A stretch of 64,000 bases of DNA, taken from the NCBI GenBank assembly GCA_016869675.1, contig VGDP01000013.1, forward strand, positions 1,558 to 65,557, read 5' to 3'. Source of the stretch: Alphaproteobacteria bacterium. GTDB lineage: Bacteria; Pseudomonadota; Alphaproteobacteria; SP197. A program made the position numbers and the translations under genes. Shown here piece after piece: positions 29,696-40,306 of the stretch (positions are counted from its first letter, which is position 1; each line of letters begins with the position of its first letter). The notes beneath the pieces are model-generated. The model ran no database searches. It was not told the origin of the DNA and saw only the letters and a program-made list of their open reading frames with translations.

Positions 29696-31369
29696 CTATT
29701 GGCCGAGCATCGGCAGGTTGAGGCCTTGTTCGCGGGCGCAATCGATCGCCTCGTCGTAGCCCGCGTCGGCGTGACGCATGACGCCCGAGCCCGGATCGTT
29801 GGTCAGCACGCGTTCAAGCCGCCGGTCCGCCTCGGCGCTGCCGTCGCACACGATGACCATGCCGGCGTGCTGGGAGTAGCCGATGCCCACACCGCCGCCG
29901 TTGTGCAGGCTGACCCACGTGGCGCCCGAGGCGCAGTTGAGCAGCGCGTTCAGGAGCGGCCAGTCGGCCACGGCGTCGGAACCGTCGCGCATGCCTTCGG
30001 TCTCGCGGTTGGGGCTGGCGACCGAGCCGGAGTCCAGGTGGTCCCGGCCGATCACGATGGGCGCCTTGACCTCGCCCTTGCGCACCATCGCGTTGAACGC
30101 TAGCCCGACGCGGGCGCGCGCGCCCAGCCCGATCCAGCAGATGCGCGCGGGCAGGCCCTGGAACTTGATCCGCTTGCCGGCCATGTCGAGCCAGCGGTGC
30201 AGGTGCGGGTCGTCGGGGATCAGCTGCTTGACCCTGGCATCGGTCTTGAAGATGTCGTCCGCCTCGCCGCTGAGCGCGACCCAGCGGAACGGCCCGACGC
30301 CGCGGCAGAACAGCGGCCGGATGTAGGCCGGCACGAAGCCCGGGAAGGCGAAGGCGTCGGCCACCCCCATGTCCTTGGCGAACTGGCGGATGTTGTTGCC
30401 GTAGTCGAAGGTCGGCACGCCCTGGGCATGGAAGGCCAGCATGGCACGCACATGGGTCGCCATCGACGCCTTGGCCGCCCGGGCGACGCCGTCGGGATCG
30501 CTCTTCTGGCGCTCCTCCCACTGCTCCAGCGTCCAGCCGGCCGGCAGATAGCCGTGGATGGGGTCGTGGGCGCTGGTCTGGTCGGTGACCATGTCGGGGC
30601 GCACGCCGCGCCGTACCAGATCCGGCAGCACCTCGGCGGCGTTGCCCAAGAGCCCGATGGAGACGGCACGGCCCGCGCGTCTGGCCTCGTCGAGCATGGC
30701 GAGCGCCTGGTCGAGACTGTCGGCGTGGCGCTCGAGATACCGGGTCTCGAGCCGCCGCTCGATCCGGCTGGGGCGACACTCAACCGCCAGCATCGAGGCG
30801 CCGGCCATGGTCGCGGCCAGTGGCTGGGCGCCGCCCATGCCGCCCAGGCCCCCGGTCAGGATCCAGCGGCCCTTCAGATTGCCGCCATAGTGCCGCCGCC
30901 CGGCCTCGACGAAGGTTTCGTAGGTGCCCTGCACGATGCCCTGACTGCCGATGTAGATCCACGAACCAGCGGTCATCTGGCCGTACATCATGAGCCCCTT
31001 GCGATCGAGCTCGTTGAAGTGCTCCCACGTGTTCCAATGGCCGACCAGATTGGAGTTGGCGATCAGCACGCGCGGCGCGTCCGCATGGGTCTTGAACACG
31101 CCGACCGGCTTGCCGGACTGGATCAGCAGGCTTTCGTCGTCGCCCAGGTCCTTGAGAGCGGCGACGATGCGATCAAAGCAGCGCCAGTCGCGCGCGACCC
31201 GCCCGATACCTCCATAAACCACAAGTTCGTCAGGTTTCTCAGCTACATCCGGATCGAGGTTGTTCATCAACATGCGCAACGGCGCCTCGGTCAGCCAGCT
31301 TCGGGCGCTGCGCGCCGTGCCGCGTGGAGCGCACAACGTGCGGGCGTTGGCGAAACGGTCGTTGGGCAT
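29696..31369 (-). CDS. hutU: Urocanate hydratase
   Basis: [55 protein letters not shown]. Confidence 0.96.
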   Translation of the reverse strand: MPNDRFANARTLCAPRGTARSARSWLTEAPLRMLMNNLDPDVAEKPDELVVYGGIGRVARDWRCFDRIVAALKDLGDDESLLIQSGKPVGVFKTHADAPRVLIANSNLVGHWNTWEHFNELDRKGLMMYGQMTAGSWIYIGSQGIVQGTYETFVEAGRRHYGGNLKGRWILTGGLGGMGGAQPLAATMAGASMLAVECRPSRIERRLETRYLERHADSLDQALAMLDEARRAGRAVSIGLLGNAAEVLPDLVRRGVRPDMVTDQTSAHDPIHGYLPAGWTLEQWEERQKSDPDGVARAAKASMATHVRAMLAFHAQGVPTFDYGNNIRQFAKDMGVADAFAFPGFVPAYIRPLFCRGVGPFRWVALSGEADDIFKTDARVKQLIPDDPHLHRWLDMAGKRIKFQGLPARICWIGLGARARVGLAFNAMVRKGEVKAPIVIGRDHLDSGSVASPNRETEGMRDGSDAVADWPLLNALLNCASGATWVSLHNGGGVGIGYSQHAGMVIVCDGSAEADRRLERVLTNDPGSGVMRHADAGYDEAIDCAREQGLNLPMLGQ

Positions 31370-31486
31370 GACGGCTCTCCCTGGCGGGCCCGGCGGCGGC
31401 ACGTGGCTCACCATATCGTGTTCGCGCGTCCGCGAAAATCGGCGCCATCCCATTGTGCGGCGGCGCGGACGAACCATATAGGCCGC

Positions 31487-31645
31487 ATGGGAGGCGCACA
31501 CGGCCCGGTACGCGGGCCGACCGAGCGCGGGCCATCCCCCCAGCCACCGCGCTCCTTGGCGAACGGCGCCCAACGCCCGACGCGCACCGCCTCCTGACGA
31601 CCGCGCCGCCTCCCAGCCCCTCCCGGAGGCGGCGCAATCGTTTTC
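31487..31645 (+). ncRNA. Candidate structured small RNA or leader
   Basis: Promoter-like TTGTGC-N16-CATATA upstream, three nested hairpins closed by GGAGGCG/CGCCTCC, then an 11-bp hairpin followed by AATCGTTTT. Confidence 0.4.
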
Positions 31646-31769
31646 GGCGAGTCCTCAACATCGTGTCACATCCTGTTGATCGGGCGTGACTTGTGATCCG
31701 AATCTAACGGAACAACCTAGATGGGGACATGACCCCGACCCGGGGGCCCGCTGTCAGGAGGACCGCATC

Positions 31770-32126
31770 ATGACACCACGAGGACGCGAGTTCATCGCCG
31801 CTTGGCTGATCGTCGCCACCCTGGGCTCGGCGCTGGCCGTGCTCCCCAACCTCACGAGGGACGGGGCTAGCCGCGACGAAACGTGGGCCGGTGTCACGAT
31901 CCCCGGCCGTACCGGCTGGCAAGCTTAGGCGGCCTTGACCGGCGTACCGCAGGGCGAGGACGTATCAACGTTCGTCGAGGACGAACGGCCGATCTGGCAA
32001 CGGGGCCACATGGCCACGAGGAACGAGGATCGGCGGTGGCCGCCCGCCGGCGCCCTGTGCCTGGCCGCCCTGCTCATGGATACGCCTGTGCAGATGGACA
32101 CCGCGCCCGTGTCGATCCCTTGCTGA
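31770..32126 (+). pseudogene. Hypothetical exported or membrane protein with in-frame TAG
   Basis: AGGAGG RBS, N-terminal hydrophobic helix. TAG at 31926-31928, after which the same frame continues to 32126. Confidence 0.45.
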
Positions 32127-32133
32127 GCGGTGG

Positions 32134-33519
32134 TCAGAGCGCTTTGACGATGTCCTCGACCATCTTCTTGGCGTCGCCGAAAAGCATCATCGTGCCCGCC
32201 TTGTAGAACAGTGGGTTGTCGATGCCGGCGTAGCCCGACGCTAGGCTGCGCTTGACGATCAGCACGGTCTTGGCGTTCTCGGCATCAAGGATCGGCATGC
32301 CGTAGATGGGGCTTGAGGAGTCAGACTTGGCGATCGGGTTGACCACGTCGTTGGCGCCGATCACGAAGGCAACGTCGGCCCCGGCGAACTCGCTGTTGAT
32401 CTCCTCGAACTCGAACACTTCGTCGTAGGGCACGTTGGCCTCGGCCAGCAGCACGTTCATGTGCCCCGGCATGCGCCCGGCCACGGGGTGGATGGCGTAC
32501 TTGACCTCGATCCCTTCCTTCTTAAGCAGCCCCGCCATTTCGCGCATCGCGTGCTGGGCCTGCGCCACCGCCATGCCGTAGCCCGGCACGATGATGACCT
32601 TGCGCGCGTTCGACATGATGAATGCCGCGTCCTCGGCCGAGCCCTGCTTGACAGTGCGTTCGCCGGCATCCGCCGGCCCCGCCGACGCCTCGGCCCCGAA
32701 GCCGCCCAGGATGACGCTGATGAACGAGCGGTTCATCCCCTTGCACATGATGTAGCTGAGGATCGCGCCCGAGGCGCCGACCAGCGCGCCCGTGATGATC
32801 AGGAGCTGGTTTTCGAGCGTGAAGCCGATGCCGGCGGCTGCCCAGCCCGAGTACGAGTTGAGCATGGAGATGACCACCGGCATGTCGGCGCCGCCGATGG
32901 GGATGATGATCAGCACGCCGACCAGGAGGGCGAGCGCGGTCATCAGCCAGAACGCCTCGCGGCCCTCCTCGGCGACGAACCACGCGCCGAAGCCAATGAT
33001 GGCAAGCCCGATCACCAGGTTGAGCAGGTGCTGGCCGGGAAACACGACCGGCGCGCCTGAGACGAGGCCCTGGAGCTTGGTGAACGCGACGACCGAGCCG
33101 GAGAACGTGATCGCGCCGATCACGATGCCCAGGCTCATCTCGATGCGGCTGGCGGTCTTGATGGCCCCGACCGTGCCGATGCCGTAGGCCTCTGGCGCGT
33201 AGAGCGCCGCCGCCGCCACCAGCACGGCGGCCGTGCCGACCAGGCTGTGGAACGCTGCCACGAACTGGGGCATGGCCGTCATCTGGATGCGCAGCGCGGT
33301 GACCACGCCGATGCCACCGCCCAGCACGATGCCGGCCAGGATCCATTCGTAGGACAGCACGCCCGGGTCAAGGAGCGTCACGGCGATGGCCAGCGCCATG
33401 CCGCCAATGCCGATCAGGTTGCCGCGCCGCGACGAGGTCGGTGACGACAGACCCTTCAGCGCCAGGATGAAACAGACCGACGCCACCAGGTAGAGCAGCG
33501 CCGAAAGGTTGGCCGACAT
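32134..33519 (-). CDS. pntB: NAD(P) transhydrogenase beta subunit
   Basis: GGADMPVV, NSYSGWAAA, GYGMAVA, HPVAGRMPGHMN. Confidence 0.96.
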   Translation of the reverse strand: MSANLSALLYLVASVCFILALKGLSSPTSSRRGNLIGIGGMALAIAVTLLDPGVLSYEWILAGIVLGGGIGVVTALRIQMTAMPQFVAAFHSLVGTAAVLVAAAALYAPEAYGIGTVGAIKTASRIEMSLGIVIGAITFSGSVVAFTKLQGLVSGAPVVFPGQHLLNLVIGLAIIGFGAWFVAEEGREAFWLMTALALLVGVLIIIPIGGADMPVVISMLNSYSGWAAAGIGFTLENQLLIITGALVGASGAILSYIMCKGMNRSFISVILGGFGAEASAGPADAGERTVKQGSAEDAAFIMSNARKVIIVPGYGMAVAQAQHAMREMAGLLKKEGIEVKYAIHPVAGRMPGHMNVLLAEANVPYDEVFEFEEINSEFAGADVAFVIGANDVVNPIAKSDSSSPIYGMPILDAENAKTVLIVKRSLASGYAGIDNPLFYKAGTMMLFGDAKKMVEDIVKAL

Positions 33520-33531
33520 CGCGCGTGCCCG

Positions 33532-33837
33532 CTACTTCGCCTGTCGCTTCTTGAACATCTGCAGCATGCGCTGGGTCACCGCGAACCCGCCGAAGATGTT
33601 GACCGAGGCGAGCATCACCGCCACGAAGCCCAAGATCTTGGATAGGCTGGCGCCCTCGGGCCCGGCGGCGATCAGGGCGCCGACGATGATGACGCTGGAG
33701 ATCGCGTTGGTCACCGCCATCAGCGGCGTGTGCAGGGCTGGCGTCACGCTCCACACCACGTAGTAGCCGACGAAGATCGCCAGCACGAAGATGGTGAAGC
33801 GGAAGATGAACGGATCGATGGCCGCGACGGCTTCCAT
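33532..33837 (-). CDS. pntAB: NAD(P) transhydrogenase alpha subunit part 2
   Basis: LHTPLM..TNAIS, NIFGGF.VT.RML.MF. Confidence 0.95.
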   Translation of the reverse strand: MEAVAAIDPFIFRFTIFVLAIFVGYYVVWSVTPALHTPLMAVTNAISSVIIVGALIAAGPEGASLSKILGFVAVMLASVNIFGGFAVTQRMLQMFKKRQAK

Positions 33838-33865
33838 GATGGCGTCTCCTCGGCGGGTCGGGGGA

Positions 33866-35017
33866 TCAGGACGCTAGGAGCAACGGGTGGACGACCTTGC
33901 CGTCGCGGGCGACCAGGCTGCCCTTGACGATCTCGTCGTCCCAGTCGATGGCAAGCGCGCCCGCCTTCTTGTCCACAAGCGGCGTCACGAAGTTGAGCAG
34001 GTTGCGGGCGAGAAGCGTGGAGGCGTCGGTCGCGACGCGCGAGGGGTAATTGCCCTCGCCCACGATGGTCACGCCGTGCCGCTCGACGACCTTGCCCGCC
34101 TCGCACAGTTCGCAGTTGCCACCGGCTTCGGCCGCCATGTCGATGACGATCGAGCCCGGCGTCATCGCCTGGATCATGGCCGCCGTGATCAGACGCGGCG
34201 CCGGCCTGCCGGGGATCAGCGCCGTCGACACGACGATGTCGACCTTGACGATGGCGTCGTGGATGGCCTGGGCCTGGCGGCGCTTGTAGTCCTCGCCCAT
34301 CTCGCGCGCGTAGCCGCCAACGGTCTGGGCCTCGGCGCCCGCCTCGGCCGGCACCTCGACAAACGAGGCGCCGAGCGACTCGACCTCCTGCTTGACGGCG
34401 GGGCGCACGTCGAAGGCGGAAACCACGGCGCCCAGCCGGCGCGCGGTGGCGATCGCCTGCAGCCCGGCGACGCCGGCACCCAGCACCAGGACCTTGGCCG
34501 GCGCGATGGTGCCCGCCGCGGTCATCATCATGGGCATCATGCGATCGAGTCGCGCAGCCGCGTCCAGCACGGCCTTGTAGCCGGCCACGTTGCTTTGGGA
34601 CGACAGCGCGTCCATGCCCTGGGCGCGCGTAATGCGCGGCACGAGTTCCAGCGCGAACGCGACGATGCCCTGGTCCGCGTACGCCTGGGCATCGGCACGG
34701 CGCCCGAGTGGATCGAGCAGGCCAATCAGGATAGCGTCCTTGGGCAGGGCGGCCAGTTCGTCGAACTCGCCCTCGCCCGCGCGCAAGGGCCGCCGGACCT
34801 TGAGGATCATGCCGGCTTCGCCCAGCGCCTCGGCCGCGGTCGGCACGATGGTCGCGCCGGCCTCGGCGAAGGCCGCGTCGGTCAGGCGCGCGCCGGCGCC
34901 CGCGCCGCTCTCGATCGTCAGGGCGAAGCCCAGGGCCTTCAACTTCTTGACCGAGTCGGGCGAGACCGCCACGCGCCGCTCGCCCGGCAGCCGTTCCCTG
35001 ATCACGCCGATCCGCAT
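33866..35017 (-). CDS. pntAA: NAD(P) transhydrogenase alpha subunit part 1
   Basis: [34 protein letters not shown]. Confidence 0.95.
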   Translation of the reverse strand: MRIGVIRERLPGERRVAVSPDSVKKLKALGFALTIESGAGAGARLTDAAFAEAGATIVPTAAEALGEAGMILKVRRPLRAGEGEFDELAALPKDAILIGLLDPLGRRADAQAYADQGIVAFALELVPRITRAQGMDALSSQSNVAGYKAVLDAAARLDRMMPMMMTAAGTIAPAKVLVLGAGVAGLQAIATARRLGAVVSAFDVRPAVKQEVESLGASFVEVPAEAGAEAQTVGGYAREMGEDYKRRQAQAIHDAIVKVDIVVSTALIPGRPAPRLITAAMIQAMTPGSIVIDMAAEAGGNCELCEAGKVVERHGVTIVGEGNYPSRVATDASTLLARNLLNFVTPLVDKKAGALAIDWDDEIVKGSLVARDGKVVHPLLLAS

Positions 35018-35104
35018 GATGCGTTGCCCCCTCGCAAAGCGGCGGCACAATGCCCGCTCGCACCCGGCTTGCCAAGCCCCGGACGGTATCGGCATGCTCG
35101 GGCC

Positions 35105-35587
35105 ATGGAGAACCTGACGTTCAACCCGGGCGGCGCGCCGCTGTCACCATCGCTGACCTTGCACCTGACCCGCGTGCTGGAGGCGCCGCGCGAACGCGTG
35201 TGGCACGCTCTCACCGACGCGGCCACGTTCCAGCGCTGGTGGCGGCCGCCCGGCTTCATCTGCCCGCTAGTCGAGTTCAACCTGCGCGAGGGCGGCGCGT
35301 ACCAAGTACACATGCGCTCGCCGCGCGACACGCTGCACACGTTCGGCCGGCGCTAACGCACCATCGAGGCGCCTGCGTGCCTGGTCTACACCTGGATCTT
35401 CAACGAGGGTCGCTACGCCGGCCGCGAGACCCTGGTGGATCTCACCTTCGAGGAACTCGGCGGCGCGACCGAGTTCACGTTGAACCAGACCGGGTTCACT
35501 GCGGCCCAGATGCAGGCTGACTTCGGCGGCGGCTGGGAGAACTGCCTGCACATGCTGGCCGACCTGCTGGAAGAACCGCAGGGCTGA
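35105..35587 (+). pseudogene. SRPBCC/AHSA1-like protein with internal stop
   Basis: APRERVW.ALTD..WW.P. TAA at 35354-35356, after which the frame resumes with LVYTW..GW..L. Confidence 0.8.
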
Positions 35588-35619
35588 CACGCCCTCATCG
35601 GCGTTGATGCGCGTCGCGC

Positions 35620-35663
35620 TTGACCCATTCTGTCGTGCGATCTATAGTTAACCAAATGGTTAA
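35620..35663 (+). promoter_or_regulatory. Sigma70 promoter plus palindromic ArsR operator overlapping the start codon
   Basis: TTGACC-N17-TATAGT (35620-35648) and TTAACCA-AA-TGGTTAA (35648-35663). Confidence 0.75.
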
Positions 35664-35985
35664 ATATCAGCACGCGGCCCTCGACCGCACATTCGCCGCC
35701 CTGGCCGACCCGACGCGGCGCGCCATGGTGGCCCGCCTCGCCCTGGGGACCGCCACGGCCGGCGAACTGGCCAGGCCCTTCGCGCTTTCACTGCCCGCGA
35801 TCTCGAAGCACCTCAAGGCGCTGGAAGGCGCCGGACTTATCGAGCGACGACGGGAAGGACGAACCCATCATCTGACCCTGCGAGCCGAGCAGCTGACCGA
35901 TGCGGCCGGCTGGCTCGAACAGCAGACCAGCTTATTGAAGCGAAGCCTCGACCGACTGGCGCGCACCCTCGACGAACCCGCGTAG
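35656..35985 (+). CDS. ArsR/SmtB family transcriptional regulator
   Basis: FAALADPTRR, SLPAISKHLKALE.AGL. Confidence 0.92.
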   Translation: MVKYQHAALDRTFAALADPTRRAMVARLALGTATAGELARPFALSLPAISKHLKALEGAGLIERRREGRTHHLTLRAEQLTDAAGWLEQQTSLLKRSLDRLARTLDEPA

Positions 35986-35995
35986 GAGAACGACG

Positions 35996-36470
35996 ATGAA
36001 CACCGCGACCGCGGCGACCGCAGCGAACACCGACCACACTCTGCGGCTCGAGCGCCGCTTCAGGGCGGCACCGGACAGGGTGTTCCGCGCCTTGACCGAC
36101 CCGGCGATCCTCAAGACCTGGTGGGGTCCGCCCGGCTTCACCACGCCGCGCGCCGAGCTGGACGTGCGCCCCGGCGGTGCCTACGCCATCGACATGCAGG
36201 CGCCGAGCGGCAACAACCTGCGCATCCGAGGCACCTTCCGCGAAGTCGTGGCGCCGTCCCGCCTGGTCTACACGTGGGCGTGGCAAGACGGCGGCTATGC
36301 TGGGGTGGCGACGCTCGTCGCCCTGGACTTCGTGGCCGATGGCACGGTAACCCTGCTGCGGGGTGACCCACGCGTTGATGACGTCGGCCGACATGGCCGG
36401 CGATCACGGCAAGGGCTGGAACGCCTGCCTCGACCGACTCGAGGCCCTGGCCGAGGGAGGCCTGGCATGA
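35996..36470 (+). pseudogene. SRPBCC/AHSA1-like protein with +1 frameshift
   Basis: Extra G in GGGG (36360-36363). The corrected frame gives VTH..HGKGWNACLDRL, ending at TGA 36470. Confidence 0.75.
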
Positions 36471-37096
36471 GCGACGTCATCGTCTTCGGTTCCGACCTGT
36501 CGCCCTTCGTGCGCACGGCGCGGCTTACCTTCGTCGAGAAGGGCGTGCCCCACCAGCTCGAGGCCGCCGCGCTGGCGGACCCCGCGTACCGCGCGCGCCA
36601 CCCTTACGCCCGCATGCCGGCCATGGAACACGGCAGGGTCCGTCTGTTCGAGACAGCGGCGATCGCCCGCTACGCCAACGAGGGGTTCGACGGACCGCCG
36701 CTGCAACCGACCGACGCAGTGGGGCGCGCGCGCATGACCCAGTGGATCAGCGCGTACAACGCTTACATGGCGGTCGTGTTCGGCCAGCGCCTGGTGATCG
36801 AGCGGTTCGCGCCCAGAATCTTCGACCGGCCGACCAACGAGGCGGTGATTCGCGACAACCTGCCGGATCTCGATCGAGCACTCAAAGTGCTGAATGGCAG
36901 TCTGGCCGACCTGCCCTACCTGGCCGGCCCGAACGCCAGCTTGGCCGACCTGCACGTGGCGCCGATGCTCCGGTACGTCGGCATGCCCCCCGAAGGCCAG
37001 CAGCGCCGGCCCGCACGCCCAGCGCTCGGGCGCTGGCTCGAAACGGTGTTGGCGCGGCCGAGCTTCGCGGCGACCATGCCCAAGTTCGGGAGCTGA
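36467..37096 (+). CDS. Glutathione S-transferase family protein
   Basis: SPFVR, HPYARMP, LFETAAI, YLAG..SLADL. GGAGG RBS. Confidence 0.88.
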   Translation: MSDVIVFGSDLSPFVRTARLTFVEKGVPHQLEAAALADPAYRARHPYARMPAMEHGRVRLFETAAIARYANEGFDGPPLQPTDAVGRARMTQWISAYNAYMAVVFGQRLVIERFAPRIFDRPTNEAVIRDNLPDLDRALKVLNGSLADLPYLAGPNASLADLHVAPMLRYVGMPPEGQQRRPARPALGRWLETVLARPSFAATMPKFGS

Positions 37097-37103
37097 CATT
37101 GCG

Positions 37104-38456
37104 TCAGTCCGGCTGGGCGACCCCGCAGGCGTCGAGCGCCGCGGCCTGGCGCTTGGCCAGCGCCTTGACGTCGAAGCCGGTGACGAGTTCGTGGAACAGG
37201 CGGTGCCAGTTGATTTCCGCCTTGAGGTGCAGGAACACGGCGCCGAGCCCGATCGCGGTGCGATCCATGAACACGAACTCGCGCGGCACCGTGACGCCGC
37301 CCAGTTCGCGCAGACGTGCATGGACCCGGCTCGCGACCCGGGCGCCGTACATGCCGCCACCCTCCTCCTGGATGCGGCGCGGCCGGTCCTCGAGCAGCGG
37401 CGCGTAGACGAACTCGGCCCACAGGTTGAGCGTGTCGATGACCTCGTTCTTGAGGCCGGCGAAGCCCCACGTCTCGTAGGCGTGCACGGCCAACGCGCGA
37501 TCGTCGCGTTCGAGCGCGTGGTAGAGGTCGATGACGCCTTGGACGAAGGGCGGGCGGAACTTCCGGATGCAGCCGAAGTCCAGGAGCTGAACGTCGAGGT
37601 TCGCAGCGACCTTGTAGTTCCCGAGATGCGGATCGCCGTGAATCACGCCGTAGTTGTAGAAGGGCACGTACCAGGCGCGGAACATGGTGTGGGCCAGCCG
37701 GTTGCGGTCCTCGACCGTGCGGCCGACGAAACCCATCAGCGGCGCGCCATCCATCCACGTCATGGTCAGCAGCCGGCGCGTCGACAGTTCGTCGACCACC
37801 TCGGGCACGCGCACGTGCCGCTCGCCCTTCAGCATGGCGCGGTAGAGCCGCATGTGCCGGGCCTCGAGCGCGTAGTCGAGCTCCTCGCGCAGGCGCGCCG
37901 CGATCTCGTCGTGGATGCGCGAGGGATCGACGGCGCGGTCGTAGCGGCGATAGACCGCGAAGACGATCCGTAGCTGGTTGAGGTCGGCCTCGACCGCCGA
38001 AGCCATGTCCGGGTACTGCAGCTTGCACGCGAGCGCGCGGCCGTCGTGCGCCATCGCCCGGTGCACCTGGCCGAGCGAGGCCGCCGCGACCGCCGCGCGG
38101 TCGAACGAAGCGAAGCGCGCCTCCCAGTCGGACCCGAGTTCGCTCGCCGTGCGGCGCTTGACGAAAGGCCAGCCCATCGCCGGGGCGTTGGCCTGGAGCT
38201 GGGCAAGCTCGGCCGCGTACTCGGCCGGCAGCGCGTCGGGGATGGTCGACAGCAACTGAGCCACCTTCATGAGCGGGCCCTTGAGCCCGCCCAGCGCGGC
38301 GCGCAGGTCGGCGGCGAAGCGGGTGCGGTCGACAGGCACGCCGAACAGGCGTTCGGCGCCCACCCGCGCCGCCAGGCCGCCCATCGACGAAGACACGCGC
38401 GCGTAGCGCCGCACGCGGCGGCCCAGCGTGTTCTTCTCGTCGGGCGCGCGTGCCAC
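37104..38456 (-). CDS. AarF/ABC1/UbiB family kinase
   Basis: KGPLMKVAQ, AASLGQVH, KLQYP, HGDPHLGN, LDFG. Confidence 0.92.
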   Translation of the reverse strand: MARAPDEKNTLGRRVRRYARVSSSMGGLAARVGAERLFGVPVDRTRFAADLRAALGGLKGPLMKVAQLLSTIPDALPAEYAAELAQLQANAPAMGWPFVKRRTASELGSDWEARFASFDRAAVAAASLGQVHRAMAHDGRALACKLQYPDMASAVEADLNQLRIVFAVYRRYDRAVDPSRIHDEIAARLREELDYALEARHMRLYRAMLKGERHVRVPEVVDELSTRRLLTMTWMDGAPLMGFVGRTVEDRNRLAHTMFRAWYVPFYNYGVIHGDPHLGNYKVAANLDVQLLDFGCIRKFRPPFVQGVIDLYHALERDDRALAVHAYETWGFAGLKNEVIDTLNLWAEFVYAPLLEDRPRRIQEEGGGMYGARVASRVHARLRELGGVTVPREFVFMDRTAIGLGAVFLHLKAEINWHRLFHELVTGFDVKALAKRQAAALDACGVAQPD

Positions 38457-38459
38457 CGC

Positions 38460-40232
38460 CTAGCTCAGCGCCGCGAGCTCGTCGATGGTGCGCGCGATCA
38501 CGCCCAGCCCCTTGGCCCAGAAGCGCGGGTCCGAGGCATCCAGCCCGAAGGGCGCCAGCAGTTCGCCGTGGCGCTTGGTGCCGCCCGCGCGCAAGAGATC
38601 CATGTAGCGCGCCTGGAAGCCACGCGGCTGTTCCTCGTAGCGGGCGTATAGCGCGTTCACCAGGCAATCGCCGAACGCGTAGGCGTAGACATAGAACGGC
38701 GAGTGCACGAAGTGCGAGATGTAGCACCAGAAGTTGGCGTAGCTGGCGTCGAAGCGCAGCGCCGGGCCCAGGCTCTCGCCCTGGATCGCGAACCAGATCT
38801 CCGATAGCCGATCCACCGTCAGTTCGCCCTTGCGTCGCTCGGCGTGCACGCGGGTTTCGAACTCGAGGAACGCGATCTGGCGCACCACGGTGTTCAGCAT
38901 GTCCTCGACCTTGCCGGCCAGCAGGATCCGGCGCCGCGCGCGGTCCTTCTCGCGTACGAGCAGGCTGCGGAACGTGAGCTGCTCGCCGAACACCGAGGCC
39001 GTCTCGGCCAACGTGAGCGGCGTGTCCGCCATGAGCGGTCCCTGCTCGGCCGCCAGCACTTGGTGCACACCGTGGCCCAGCTCGTGCGCCAGCGTCATGA
39101 CGTCGCGGGTGCGGCCCTGGTAGTTCAGCAGCAGGTACGGGTGCGCCGAGGGCACGGTCGGGTGCGCGAAGGCGCCGCCCACCTTGCCTGGGCCGACCGG
39201 CGCGTCGATCCAGCCCTTGTCGAAGAAGGGTTGCGCGACCTTGGCCAGGTCCTTGGAGAACGCCGCGTAGGCGTCCATGACCGTGTTGCGCGCGTCGTTC
39301 CAGGCGAAGATGTCCTCGTCCACTTCGGGCAGAGGCGCGTTGCGGTCCCACCAGTCGAGTTGGTTGCCGCCGAGCCAGCGCGCCTTCATGGCGTAGTAGC
39401 GGTGGGCGAGGCGCCGATACGCCTGCCGCACCGCGGCGACCAGCGCGTCGACCACCTCGTCCTCGACCTGGTTGGCGACGTTGCGCGACGAGATCGGCCG
39501 CTTGAAGCCGCGCCAGCGGTCCTCGATCTCCTTGTCCTTGACCAGGGTGTTGAGGATATGGGCGAACAGCCGCGAGTTCTGGCCGAACACGCGGCCGAGT
39601 TCGAGGCCCGCCTCGCGCCGCCGCGCCGGATCGGGCGAGCTCAACCCGTCGAGCGCCTCGGTCTCCGACAGGCTCTGGCCGCCCAGGTCGAAGCGCATCT
39701 GGGCGACCGACTCGTCGAACAAGCGCGTCCACGCCTCCGCGCCCGCCACGGACTTCTCGTGCAGGATCTTCTCGATGCCATCGTCGAGCTGGTAGGGCCG
39801 GAACGCGCGCACGTCGCGCAGCCACGGACGGTAGCGACCGGCGGCGGGGTGCGCGAGCTTGCGCTCCAGCACCGCGTCGTCGATGCGGTTGATCTCCAGC
39901 GTGAAGAACAGAAGGCGCGTCGAGGTCTCGTTCGTCCGTTCGGACATGGTCTGGAAGAAGCGGCCCTTTTCGGGGTCGTCGACCGAACGGCAGAAGTAGA
40001 GATAGGCGTAGCTTCCGATGCGTTGCAGGCGCTCGCTCTGATGCTCGTACGACGCGATGGCGGCACCGAAATCCTCGCCTGTGAGGCCGGCGAGCTTGCC
40101 CTTGTACGTCCGCTCGAAGCGCGCCGCGTCCCTGTCCGACGCGGCCAGGTCGCGCAGCAGCGCCTTGGACTGGGGGCCAGTGTAGAGATCGTCCAGCTTC
40201 CAGGTCGGCAGCGCGCCGAGGTCGTGCGCCAT
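38460..40232 (-). CDS. pepF: M3 family oligoendopeptidase F
   Basis: HELGHGVH, AETAS, HF..PFYVYAY. Confidence 0.92.
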   Translation of the reverse strand: MAHDLGALPTWKLDDLYTGPQSKALLRDLAASDRDAARFERTYKGKLAGLTGEDFGAAIASYEHQSERLQRIGSYAYLYFCRSVDDPEKGRFFQTMSERTNETSTRLLFFTLEINRIDDAVLERKLAHPAAGRYRPWLRDVRAFRPYQLDDGIEKILHEKSVAGAEAWTRLFDESVAQMRFDLGGQSLSETEALDGLSSPDPARRREAGLELGRVFGQNSRLFAHILNTLVKDKEIEDRWRGFKRPISSRNVANQVEDEVVDALVAAVRQAYRRLAHRYYAMKARWLGGNQLDWWDRNAPLPEVDEDIFAWNDARNTVMDAYAAFSKDLAKVAQPFFDKGWIDAPVGPGKVGGAFAHPTVPSAHPYLLLNYQGRTRDVMTLAHELGHGVHQVLAAEQGPLMADTPLTLAETASVFGEQLTFRSLLVREKDRARRRILLAGKVEDMLNTVVRQIAFLEFETRVHAERRKGELTVDRLSEIWFAIQGESLGPALRFDASYANFWCYISHFVHSPFYVYAYAFGDCLVNALYARYEEQPRGFQARYMDLLRAGGTKRHGELLAPFGLDASDPRFWAKGLGVIARTIDELAALS

Positions 40233-40289
40233 AGTCGTTCTCCCGCAAACCGTTCACCGGAACATAGGGTGGGCAGGCGCCCGGGCCAA

Positions 40290-40306
40290 GGTTCCAACGG
40301 CGGCGC
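40290..40306. repeat. Left copy of the 17-bp IS target-site duplication
   Basis: GGTTCCAACGGCGGCGC, identical to 41721-41737. Confidence 0.93.

Noticed and set aside
31487-31597. tRNA/tRNA-Sec-like cloverleaf or 36-aa leader peptide
   Set aside because: There is no T-loop GTTCRA, no 7-nt anticodon loop and no CCA end. The peptide is low-complexity with no regulatory codon run.
35648-35663. CtrA box upstream of arsR
   Set aside because: The spacing is TTAA-N8-TTAA and it is a palindrome, better explained as the ArsR operator.
36916-40257. 1113-aa minus-strand ORF and other long alternative-frame ORFs (for example 23503-26409, 17750-19945)
   Set aside because: Arg/Ala/Gly/Pro-rich shadow frames overlapping well-supported genes, as expected at about 70% GC.
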